Of a DNA stretch of 64,000 nucleotides, positions 36,642 to 46,394 are shown in pieces. The stretch covers positions 57,764-121,763 of the forward strand of contig CBDCSZ010000063.1 in the NCBI GenBank assembly GCA_965221935.1. The letters are read 5' to 3'. This stretch comes from Paracoccaceae bacterium. GTDB taxonomy: Bacteria; Pseudomonadota; Alphaproteobacteria; Rhodobacterales; Rhodobacteraceae. Within the stretch, counting starts at the first letter, position 1; every line of letters begins with the position of its first letter. Under the pieces are notes generated by a model that saw only the letters and a program-made list of their open reading frames with translations, made no database searches and had not been told where the DNA came from. The translations under genes and the position numbers were made by a program.

Positions 36642-38366
36642 CTACTGGTCACCAAGCACGTAGCCGGGATGCTCGAGACTGGCCGGAGCTCCGGGCCGGA
36701 CCGAGACCGTGCCCGCCGCGTCCTCGCACATGTAGATGTTGTTTTCGTTCAGGTACGCGAAATGCTGGTCGGTGAACATCTCGACAACACCGCAGAATTG
36801 CGGTTTTACCAGAACGAAAGTGGTGATGTTCCAAATCGGTATCCCGGGCAGCTCGTCGTTGAAGATCTCCTGTATTTTCATAAAGAGCTGCCGCTGTTCC
36901 TCTCCGCCGGCGCGGCCTGCCATCCTCAAGAGTTCTTCATACTCGGGATTGCTGTAGTTGCCGAAATTCCACGCGCCGTTGGGGCCGAAATAAGCCAGGT
37001 GATTTCCGACCACATCTTTCGAATACCCGGTGAGCCACAGATCAAGCTCGCCCGCCTGGCCGGCTTTGTCCATGTCAGGCCAGTCCATCTGCCGAACTTT
37101 GATCTTCATGCCCACATCGCCAAGCTGTTTCTGCATGAAAGCCAGCCAGTCAAGAGCGTCCTGGTGCTCGTAGTATGTCGCCAGCTCCACGACCTGGTCC
37201 GGATCCCAGTTCGCCTCGGCCAGAAGTTCCCTCGCCCGGTCAGGGTCGAACGGATAGGCCGGAGCATCGGGATTGAACAAGTGATGGTCAGCAGGCAACA
37301 CGGAGTAAATGGCAGCCCTCATCCCGAAGGGAGTCAGAAGATCGATCATCTGCTGACGGTTGATGGCAAATGAAATCGCCTGGCGGACCCTTTTATCCTT
37401 CAGGTAGGGCTTGTCGCCGACGTTGAGGTAGTTGGCGGCCAGGGGGTTTCCGCGCAGGAAAACATAACCCTCGGGGTTCGTCTCGGCATATCGCGTAACG
37501 TCCTGGGTCGTGAGACCGTCCAGCTGGTGCGCTTCCCCCTTTTCAAAAGCAAGCGATCCGGTTTCATACTCTTCAAAAAATCTCAGCACGATCCGGTCCA
37601 GATGCGGCCGGCCGGCCCAGTAATCCTCATTCGCTGTCACGGATGCAAACTGTCCCTCGGCATGCTCCTCGAACACGAACGGGCCGGTTCCCACTCTTAT
37701 CTCGGGCGACCACCAGTCCTCCGCCAGCACATCCTCCATTGGCCTGCCTTCAAAAAGATGGGCCGCAAGGATGTAGACCTTGCCCACTCTGTCAAAGAAA
37801 TTTCCGTTGGGGACCGCCGTTTCAAAGACGATCGTATGGTCGTCGACAACCGTGATGCCGGGGACACTGTCCGCCGTGCCGTCGATGTAGGCCTGGGCGC
37901 CTATCAATTCCGTCAGACGGGCATCCTGCATCAGGAAGTCCGCGCCTTCCGCCCGGGGATTCATAGTCAGCAGGTAGCTCCACTCGACATGCTTTGCGGT
38001 CAGCGGAGTGCCGTCATGGAACTGCACGCCCTCGCGCAGATGAAATGTCCCCTTGGTCAGGTCATCGGAGATCTCCCAATGTGTCGCAAGGTCGGGAAGC
38101 CGGACATTGTTGAACGGATCCAGAATAAACAGGTTCCCGAAATTGAGTCGTGCGAGTTGGTTGTCCGCCCCCGCACCCCACACAAAAGGCCGCGGCGATC
38201 CGCGGTAGGCAATGGTGTGGGTTCCGCCGTAGGCTGGCTCGCATGACGCAGGGCACATTGTGACGTTTCCTGCGTCTTCCGGGTTCTGCATCGCAGTGGC
38301 CGCGCCTGCTGTGACAAAAAGCAGCGGCGCCAAGGCCAGCGGTTTAAATGTTACATTAATCCTCAT
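36642..38366 (-). CDS. ABC transporter substrate-binding protein, family 5, orphan
   Basis: 574 aa. A signal peptide is present (MRINVTFKPLALAPLLFVTAGAATA). The start follows AAAGGA. An AT-rich upstream region precedes it. No transporter membrane or ATPase genes are adjacent. Confidence 0.85.
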   Translation of the reverse strand: MRINVTFKPLALAPLLFVTAGAATAMQNPEDAGNVTMCPASCEPAYGGTHTIAYRGSPRPFVWGAGADNQLARLNFGNLFILDPFNNVRLPDLATHWEISDDLTKGTFHLREGVQFHDGTPLTAKHVEWSYLLTMNPRAEGADFLMQDARLTELIGAQAYIDGTADSVPGITVVDDHTIVFETAVPNGNFFDRVGKVYILAAHLFEGRPMEDVLAEDWWSPEIRVGTGPFVFEEHAEGQFASVTANEDYWAGRPHLDRIVLRFFEEYETGSLAFEKGEAHQLDGLTTQDVTRYAETNPEGYVFLRGNPLAANYLNVGDKPYLKDKRVRQAISFAINRQQMIDLLTPFGMRAAIYSVLPADHHLFNPDAPAYPFDPDRARELLAEANWDPDQVVELATYYEHQDALDWLAFMQKQLGDVGMKIKVRQMDWPDMDKAGQAGELDLWLTGYSKDVVGNHLAYFGPNGAWNFGNYSNPEYEELLRMAGRAGGEEQRQLFMKIQEIFNDELPGIPIWNITTFVLVKPQFCGVVEMFTDQHFAYLNENNIYMCEDAAGTVSVRPGAPASLEHPGYVLGDQ

Positions 38367-38952
38367 TGTCTTTATCCTTTCAATTTGAATCAGATTTTAA
38401 GGCTAACAGCTTTGGCTCGGATTCACAAATATGCCATTAAGATTTAAGCCAGAAATTCGAAATAATAATGCATCATTGCCCGGCCTATTCTCCTGCGGTC
38501 TCTGCTGCGAGTTGGGCGGTGTCTGAGTGTGTGTTTGCCGGGATTTTAACACAGCCGTTCGCTGTTGCGGAAGTTGCCTCGGCAGCTCGCTCGTGGCGAT
38601 GGCCCGCAGCATTTCGTCCCGGTTTTTATGCACGGCACCCGCCCGTCTGAATTTTTCCGCCCGGGATCAAAAAAGCACTTGAAACCAAAATCTATAATCT
38701 TCCGACGCAAGAACCGGAATGACTGCGGGCAAGCATCCATGTTTTGAGTCAAGCCCGGATTCGGCCCTTTCCGGCGGTTTTCGGAGGCCCTGTTCCGAGT
38801 TTTCCACATTCCGTCCACAGGCCTGTCCACAGGCGGGCGCAATGCGGGCGCAATGCGGGCATGCCGAGGCAGTCCGGCCGCGGTGGCCTGACCGGCGCGT
38901 CTGATTCGTTTTGTGCCCCGCAGACGGCCGCGGCACGCGGCCCGCGCGGGCG

Positions 38953-39738
<786 letters not shown>

Positions 39739-39759
39739 TTACAAACTTTGGATTGAGCC

Positions 39760-40599
39760 ATGGATGTCCGAAAGTGCGTAAGCGAGCTTCGTTATGCGTT
39801 AAGCGACACCGAAGTTGATGTTTATAACCGTGACGGAATCATTGGCCCGTTCATGCTGATGCCGCCTGAGGAAATGAAGGAGGAACGGTTCCTCATCAAT
39901 CGTGAAATCATCGTGCCGGCAAAGAACGACGACTCCGATCCGGAAATGCACTATCACGACCGCCATCTCGACTAGGAATCCGTCTGCAGAATCTGCCGGC
40001 GCCCGGAACTTGTCGAAAGGGTATCGTCATTGCTGGGCCCGGATGTTTTGATCTGGCGCTCCAATTTTCAAGTCAAGAATCCGGCCGCGGCGGCAGTCGG
40101 GGAAGCAAAGAGATACACCAAAGTGCCGTGGCATCAGGACGGCGCCTACTTTGACTTGCAGCCATTGGTGCTCGTTTCCGCCTGGATAGCCATCACCGAG
40201 GCCACAGAGGAAAACGGCTGCCTAAAAATCGTCGCGGGATCCCACAGGCAAACCTTTGACCATGACGTCGAGCAAGACCGGAACGAGTTTGAAAAATCGA
40301 TTCCCGACGACGCCATTGATCAGGAAGCAGTGCGGTCGTTGTTGTTGAGGCCTGGCGAATTCGTGCTCTTTAACGAGAACACCGTGCATGCTTCCGAGCC
40401 GAACATGACACCGCGCGCGCGCATCGGCCTGACGCCGCGGCTCAGCGTGCCGTTCGTGAAGGTGACCGGCAATCCGCGCTACGCCGGTCGTGACCGCGAC
40501 CGCCATGCGCCAGATGAGCTGCGCGAAGTGGCGATGCTGTGCGGCCACGACTACACGGGCCGGCATCGGGTCGTTTCTCTTCCCTGTGGAGAAAGCTGA
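39760..40599 (+). pseudogene. PhyH-family oxygenase gene interrupted by a single in-frame TAG
   Basis: ORFs 39760..39975 and 40030..40599 are in the same frame, and the sequence between them is open apart from the TAG at 39973-39975. The joined protein reads ...HYHDRHLD*ESVCRICRRPELVERVSSLLGPDVLIWRS...VPWHQD...ENGCLKIVAGSH, a normal PhyH layout. Confidence 0.7.
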
Positions 40600-40943
40600 C
40601 GAAGGCGCCGGCCGCCGCGGACGATAGAAAACATCCATCGGTCGGATATTGCCGGTCGAAGAGGCGGGTTTTCTCCTTCACATCAGGCCATTGGGCTGCC
40701 GCTTGTCAGAACCCGTCTCGGCAGCCGTCGCCGCCGATTCGATCTCCGGCCGCGCCTGCAATCTGAATCCGGCCGCATTATAGGATGGCCCGCCCTTTCG
40801 CCTGTGAACGGGCAGGAAAATGCGGTTCGAGGCTGGGGGAAGGGCGAACGCAGACCGACCGGACCCGCGCAGTCCCTTTACATGGCGCCCGCCGGTTGTT
40901 TTGGGACTGGCGCCGTGCGGAAACTCATCACCCGGCGCGGCAA

Positions 40944-40971
40944 TACAAAAGGGCTTGACCGCCTAAAGCCC
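40944..40971 (-). terminator. rho-independent terminator candidate for the 84-aa ORF
   Basis: On the minus strand the sequence reads GGGCTT-taggcggtc-AAGCCC followed by TTTTGTATT. The stop codon lies in the loop. Confidence 0.5.
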
Positions 40972-41217
40972 GGCCTCTCGAAGCCTTTTCAACAATCTCT
41001 GTTTGGCGTCAGCGGGTTCCAAAAACGGGTGATGATTGTCCTGCTCCATCCGCATTCTTTGCTGAAGCTCCGGTGTAATCGCTTCGCCACAGGCTTCCGC
41101 CGCCAAGTCCTCCTTCCCACGCTGGTAAGTCTGCGCCACCCATGCCTTCTGTTTAGGGGCCAGCTTAGGCGCCACATCAAAAAAAGGTTCCTGCGGTCCT
41201 CGCGCATCCCGCGACAT
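40963..41217 (-). CDS. hypothetical small protein (84 aa)
   Basis: ATG 41217 is preceded by GGAGGAGG plus 6 nt. A terminator-like hairpin sits at the stop. The protein is charged and helical-looking (MSRDARGPQEPFFDVAPKLAPKQKAWVAQTYQRGKEDLAAEA...). I recognise no family. Confidence 0.55.
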   Translation of the reverse strand: MSRDARGPQEPFFDVAPKLAPKQKAWVAQTYQRGKEDLAAEACGEAITPELQQRMRMEQDNHHPFLEPADAKQRLLKRLREAGL

Positions 41218-42115
41218 ATCACACCTCCTCCACACCGATCATCCACCGGCGTCCTCTCCCACTCAATTTCCATATACAGCGCTTTGACCACTGTGTCAGT
41301 CTCCCGCAGCGGCTCTTACCCGCGGGCACTGACTGAATTTCTCAAGACTGTTGCCGTTGCCTGTGTCAGCACGACTGCACATTGCCGTCGAAACCCTTTC
41401 AGCACTGGCGGAAGGATAGTTGTGCCAATCATGTGGGGTGCCCCCGGCAAGACGTCAAACTCCTCCTTCTTGAGCGCCACTCGGCGCCGGACCTGTTCGG
41501 CACCCGGAGTTCGGCGGCGATATCGGCTCGCTGGCCGCGTGGGGAGAACGGCAATCAGCGTCATAAGCACAGAGCGGTGCGCCATGCTGCGCCTTGGTTG
41601 CATCGAAACAGGAACTGAAACGAATTCCTGGCAGAATTGGAAGGAAGAAGCATGGCAGCGCCCGATCGGCAATCTCAACGATGACAGTTTGAGCCAATTC
41701 AATGTCAAGAATTGTCAACAGCGACGGGCTGTGAAGTGAAAAGCCTTGCGGCGTGAAGGTTGATGACATTTCGCCTTTTTCAAGCGATTCACGGTGGCGC
41801 GCTAACAGATGAACGTTCTCAAGCAACGTGCTTGCTGCACCGGCGCATCACCGGCATGCGGTGACCGCAGATGAGCTGGCATTCGCCCCGAATAAACCGC
41901 GGCTGTACTGCGGAAGCGGGCCGTTCGGAGACAGGTCAATGGTCAATCATGCCTTTCACACGCCTCGAGGCGCATTTGCCGGCAGGGAGCTCAGTTGAGA
42001 CTGGGGCCTCGAGGCGACTTTGTTTTCAGCGCATCCACAGCATGATGTCTGCCTTATCGTTTGTCGGTTGCAACCGGACCGATAACGCTGACCTGCAACA
42101 GGAAGGATCAATCAC

Positions 42116-43327
42116 ATGACAGAACTGAAGGGCGTCACCCACCACGACATCTTCAGGCATCCTGAACACTGCGTAAACCAGATTGCGGCGCGCACCATCG
42201 CGAATGGTGACATTGTCGCTGTTTTTAATGAAGAGCGGTTTCCCTTTCACCATGACAGCGGCCAGACGCTCTTTGTCAGATCGAGCGATGGCGGCATCAC
42301 TTGGAGCGAACCGCAGATCGTGCTGCCGTGGACCGACACGACCGGCAACTGGGACTGCGGCATCTGTGAGCTTGCGGACGGCACGCTGTTGGTGAACCTG
42401 ACCATCACCGGGTTCTTCAAGCGCGGCATCAAACCCGAGCAGCCTTCCTGGGGGTCCCAGCCCAACACCGAAGAGTGGGGCGACTGGACTTGGGCATTCA
42501 AAACCCAGGGCTGGCTGGGAACCTTCGTCGTGAAATCCACCGACGGAGGGAAAAGCTGGAGCGAGCCTGTGCCGTGTAATGTCCGCCCGCTGAAACATGG
42601 CGGCACACGGAGCGGGTGCTGGCAGCTGCCGGACGGAGGCATATTGATGGGCCTTTACGGCCGGATTCGAGGCTACGGTGAACAAGGCGAGGGCGAATCG
42701 ACAAGGTCGGCATTGCTCCGTTCCGATGACGGCGGAACGAACTGGGAATATTATTCGACAATTGCCTATGACCCGGCGTCGATCATCGACTACGAGGAGC
42801 CGGCCATCCTCCGGCTCGCGGACGGGCGGATCGTCTGCATGCTGCGCACGCACGTCAATCCAAGCGGCGACGCCAAGAATATGGTCATGACAGTTTCGGA
42901 GGATGACGGGTTTTCCTGGTCGCCGCCGAAATGGACCAACATCTGGGGCTACCCGGCGGATCTGATCACGATGGCGGATGGCCGCTACCTGATGATCTAC
43001 GGCTACCGCCGTCCTCCCTACGGCGAGCGCGGCGTCGTTTCGGAAGACGGTGTCACCTGGGATGTGGCGAACGAATTCGTCATCCGCGAGGGCGGCGTGC
43101 CCGGACTCAGCGGCGATGGCAAACCCGGAAGCGGTCATGGCTGGACTGCGGCAGCCGGAGGCCGGGGAGCCGGCGGCATCGACCATCACAATCCGGGGCT
43201 GTTCCAGCATATCGGCTATCCAACCGTGGTGCAGGCTCCGGACGGCGCCGTCGTCGGCTGCTACCATGAATGGAGTGAAGCCGATCCGACTCTGCAGTTC
43301 GTCATGTGCACCCGATTCAATATTTGA
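42116..43327 (+). CDS. BNR/Asp-box repeat protein (sialidase/exo-alpha-sialidase-like beta-propeller), no signal peptide
   Basis: 403 aa. Four Asp-boxes are present: SSDGGITWSEP, STDGGKSWSEP, SDDGGTNWEY and SEDDGFSWSPP. The start follows AGGAAGGA. Confidence 0.8.
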   Translation: MTELKGVTHHDIFRHPEHCVNQIAARTIANGDIVAVFNEERFPFHHDSGQTLFVRSSDGGITWSEPQIVLPWTDTTGNWDCGICELADGTLLVNLTITGFFKRGIKPEQPSWGSQPNTEEWGDWTWAFKTQGWLGTFVVKSTDGGKSWSEPVPCNVRPLKHGGTRSGCWQLPDGGILMGLYGRIRGYGEQGEGESTRSALLRSDDGGTNWEYYSTIAYDPASIIDYEEPAILRLADGRIVCMLRTHVNPSGDAKNMVMTVSEDDGFSWSPPKWTNIWGYPADLITMADGRYLMIYGYRRPPYGERGVVSEDGVTWDVANEFVIREGGVPGLSGDGKPGSGHGWTAAAGGRGAGGIDHHNPGLFQHIGYPTVVQAPDGAVVGCYHEWSEADPTLQFVMCTRFNI

Positions 43328-43855
43328 CCGGAATCTGACCGCGGCGGCGATGAATCTCCGGGGGTTGGGCGGCAAATCGGAAAAGGCAGCGCTGTCGGCA
43401 GCTTGCAACACAGTCCGCGGGCGCACCTCAATCACGCGGTCGGCTGCGGCGCCGCTGCGAAACGAAAACCGGCCGACCGAGGCCCCATGCGGGCGGTCTC
43501 GCATGCCTGCCTGCGTGTGTTCACGCAGTCGAAGAATAGGCCCGCTTGATCGTTATCCGGTCCGGCAGTTGGGCCGTCGATCCAGTTGCTTTTGTCGATA
43601 GGCTGCAAAGTCATGTGAAGCTGCGGCGTGAATTTAACGAATGCGGCGGGTCAAAGCCGTTGCTTGCCAAAGTCACCGTGCTTGAGAATGGGCCCCGGAA
43701 CATGACTCGGCCTACGGCCTCGTGAGTCAGTCGAGTTCCGCATCGCCTCCGCGGCCGGTTTCATCCTACGTCTCGGAAACCGGACTGATCCGGCCGGACA
43801 CGGCGAACAGCACCAGGCAAAAATATTTCTTGACCAAAAAAACGTGGTTGTTAAA

Positions 43856-43880
43856 TTAGTTCGGCACCTTTACGAACTAA
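43856..43880. promoter_or_regulatory. perfect palindrome TTAGTTCG-N9-CGAACTAA (operator candidate) overlapping a sigma70-like promoter
   Basis: ttagttcg (43856-43863) and cgaactaa (43873-43880) are reverse complements. TTGACC at 43830-43835 is followed by a 16-nt spacer and TAAATT at 43852-43857. The site ends 11 nt upstream of the ROK regulator start. Confidence 0.45.
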
Positions 43881-43890
43881 TGGAAGTGTC

Positions 43891-45105
43891 TTGAGCTCCG
43901 GAAACAGCATATCGCGCCGCCTTTCCCTTTTTTCCGTTATGCAGACCATTCTGCACAAGGGGCCAATCTCACGGGCCAGCATGGCCAGAGAAACCGGACT
44001 GTCAAAACAGACAATCGGCGAAATCGCGCTCGCGCTCGAAAGCGATGGCTGGATCCACGAAATGGGGCGCACAACAGGGCATGTGGGCCGCTCGGCGACG
44101 AACTATGAAATTGTTCCTGAAGCCGCCTGCATAACAGCGGTTGACCTTGGCGGAACGCGTGTCAGGACTGTTATCGCCGATCTGGCGGGGAATATTCTCG
44201 ACGAAGTGGCTGAACGGACAGCCGCCGGAGGCGGCTCACAAGTCGTGTCGCAGGTTGCGCGGCTGTGCCGGGAAACCGCGCGGCGGAACCGGGTCGATTA
44301 TTCAAAGGTGAAACTGGCCGTAGTCGGCGTTGCGGGCGTTCCGGATGAACTGACGGGCCGAGTCAATCTTGCGCCGAATATCGCGGGCATCGACAAAATC
44401 GATTTCAGATTAGCGCTCTCTGGCGCGATGGAGGTGCCGGTGTCGCTGGAAAATGACGTCAATCTGGCGATCATCGGCGAGCACTGGATCGGCCGCGGAA
44501 GAGGTGAGGACAATCTGGTATTCGTCGCGCTCGGAACAGGGATCGGTTCGGGCATCATGGTCGATGGCAATTTGGTTCGGGGATCGACCGGCGCCGCGGG
44601 TGAGCTGGCGTACCTTCCGCTCGGGGCGGACCCATTCGAATCCGAATCCATGCAGACAGGCGCACTGGAACGGGTTGCCGGCAGCCATGGGATAATTCGC
44701 CGTTACAGGCTGTTGTCCGGTCGCGAGGCGGGTGTTCCCGAAATCTTTGAACTTTCCGCGCAGGGCGACTGCATAGCGGCAACCGTCTTGGACGAGACGG
44801 CCGGACATGTGGCCTGTGCGCTCTCCGCGATCTGCGCGATTGTGAATCCCGCCAAGGTCATCCTCGGCGGTTCAATTGGCGAAAGGCCGGAATTTGCCGC
44901 AAGAGTGCGCGAATTGCTGCCCGGCTGCGCACCCTCTCCGGCGCAGGTTGAAATCAGCTCTCTGGGAAGCCGCGCCGCGCTCGCGGGCGGCGCCGCGGTC
45001 GGACTTCACAGGCTGCACACGATGCTCTTTTCCGGCGGAATAAACGGGCTGCGCGTCGAATTGCCGCGTTCCGGCGATGCGGGTTCTTTGGAGGCGGCGC
45101 CATGA
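43891..45105 (+). CDS. ROK-family transcriptional regulator (NagC/XylR-like)
   Basis: 404 aa. The N-terminal winged-HTH reads ISRASMARETGLSKQTIGEIALALE. ROK sugar-kinase-like fold strings are present (AVDLGGTRVR, ALGTGIGSGI). The start is TTG, so its exact position is uncertain. Confidence 0.8.
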   Translation: MSSGNSISRRLSLFSVMQTILHKGPISRASMARETGLSKQTIGEIALALESDGWIHEMGRTTGHVGRSATNYEIVPEAACITAVDLGGTRVRTVIADLAGNILDEVAERTAAGGGSQVVSQVARLCRETARRNRVDYSKVKLAVVGVAGVPDELTGRVNLAPNIAGIDKIDFRLALSGAMEVPVSLENDVNLAIIGEHWIGRGRGEDNLVFVALGTGIGSGIMVDGNLVRGSTGAAGELAYLPLGADPFESESMQTGALERVAGSHGIIRRYRLLSGREAGVPEIFELSAQGDCIAATVLDETAGHVACALSAICAIVNPAKVILGGSIGERPEFAARVRELLPGCAPSPAQVEISSLGSRAALAGGAAVGLHRLHTMLFSGGINGLRVELPRSGDAGSLEAAP

Positions 45106-46361
45106 ATGCGGCGGGTCTGCATCATGAGTTTTCCGAACGGCTGGACAGACAGGCCAGTGTTCGGCTGCTCAGGGAAGCCGTTGCGATTGAAAGCGTGACC
45201 GGCAACGAGGCGGAATTTGCCGATTTCCTGCGCCGAAAGCTGGAAACGATTGGAGCCTCGACGCGCGTTGCGGAATTCGAGCCTGGGAGGCCGAACGTCT
45301 GGGCGGAATTCTCAGGCGGCGGGAGAGGGCCTCGTCTGCTGTTTGTTGGCCATACCGACACGGTTCACGCGAGAGGGTGGCGGCGCAAATGGGCCGGCAC
45401 TGAACGCGAAAACCCGTTTGGCGGCGCGGTTGTCGATGGAGAGCTGTGGGGCCGGGGAGCCGCAGACCTGAAGGCGGGAATCTGCGCCGCGCTCGCCGCG
45501 GTCAGCCTCATCCACGAAAGCGGCGCGCGCCTCGCCGGCGCAGTCGGATTCGCTCTCGTCGGAGATGAGGAAAGCGGCGAACCCGGATCAGGCCGCAGCG
45601 CCGGCATCAGGGACTGGTCAGCGCGTGTCAATGCCGGTGAGATCACCAAGCCGGATTTCGCGATTTACACCGAACCGACCGATCTTGCGATCTACACAGC
45701 CCAGATGGGTTTCTTCATCGCCGAGGTCAGTGTGACCGGAAAATCCGCGTATTTTGGCGTTCCCGAGAAGGGCGTGGATGCGTTGAAGGCCGCGCACGCG
45801 CTCTTGACGGCGATCTGGGCGCACTCGGAAGACATTGCATCCGCCGGCGGCCATGATTTGGTCGGGCGGTCGTTTGCGCTGGTCACTGAAATGCGCTGCG
45901 GCGGATTGATCGCGGTTCCGGGTGAATGCCAGTTCAGCCTCATTCGCAAGCTAAGGCCGGGCGAGTCGCTCGAATCTGCGGTGGCCGCGTTTGAATCTGC
46001 GGTTGCCGCATGTGCACAGGGCATGGACGGCATTAGCGTTCAGCTCGAATATCCGGCCGGCAGGGATCAGCGACACGGCGGCTCCCCGGCTGAAATCGAT
46101 CCCGGTTTGCCTGCCGTCTCCCTGCTCCGGCGGTCGCTTGACGCCGCCAGGCAAGGCGCAGGTTTGGTGAAGGGAGCGCCGTACTGGTCGGAGTCGACGT
46201 TTCTGATCAACGAAATCGGGTGTCCCGCGGTCTATTGCGGACCCGGAGACATCACCAACTGCCATACCCTGGACGAGCGCGTCAGCGTTTCCGACTATCT
46301 GGCGTGCATAACTGCCTTCGCAGCCTTTGCCGCCAGTTACTGCGGAACCGTTGGAAACTGA
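45102..46361 (+). CDS. M20-family metallohydrolase (ArgE/DapE/amidohydrolase-like)
   Basis: Motifs seen: GHTDTVH, GRGAADLKAG, LVGDEESGE. There is an ATGA overlap with the ROK gene stop. Confidence 0.8.
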   Translation: MNAAGLHHEFSERLDRQASVRLLREAVAIESVTGNEAEFADFLRRKLETIGASTRVAEFEPGRPNVWAEFSGGGRGPRLLFVGHTDTVHARGWRRKWAGTERENPFGGAVVDGELWGRGAADLKAGICAALAAVSLIHESGARLAGAVGFALVGDEESGEPGSGRSAGIRDWSARVNAGEITKPDFAIYTEPTDLAIYTAQMGFFIAEVSVTGKSAYFGVPEKGVDALKAAHALLTAIWAHSEDIASAGGHDLVGRSFALVTEMRCGGLIAVPGECQFSLIRKLRPGESLESAVAAFESAVAACAQGMDGISVQLEYPAGRDQRHGGSPAEIDPGLPAVSLLRRSLDAARQGAGLVKGAPYWSESTFLINEIGCPAVYCGPGDITNCHTLDERVSVSDYLACITAFAAFAASYCGTVGN

Positions 46362-46394
46362 CGGTTCCAAACACAAAGAGAGAGGAGACCCACT

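Noticed and set aside
40804-41739. 311-aa plus-strand ORF in the low-GC patch.
   Set aside because: It has no ribosome-binding site, an odd composition and no motifs. It overlaps the better-supported minus-strand small ORF and transposase-like debris.
42026-43504. Long antisense ORFs opposite real genes. Examples: 42026..43504(-), 34468..35748(+), 36270..37373(+), 16352..17611(-), 10236..11198(-), 52269..53498(+), 56553..57653(+), 59995..60888(-), 24986..25726(-), 24997..26259(+), 45951..47408(-).
   Set aside because: These are typical high-GC shadow ORFs. They are Arg/Gly/Pro/Ala-rich and have no recognisable motifs. Each lies opposite an ORF with clear family motifs and translation signals.
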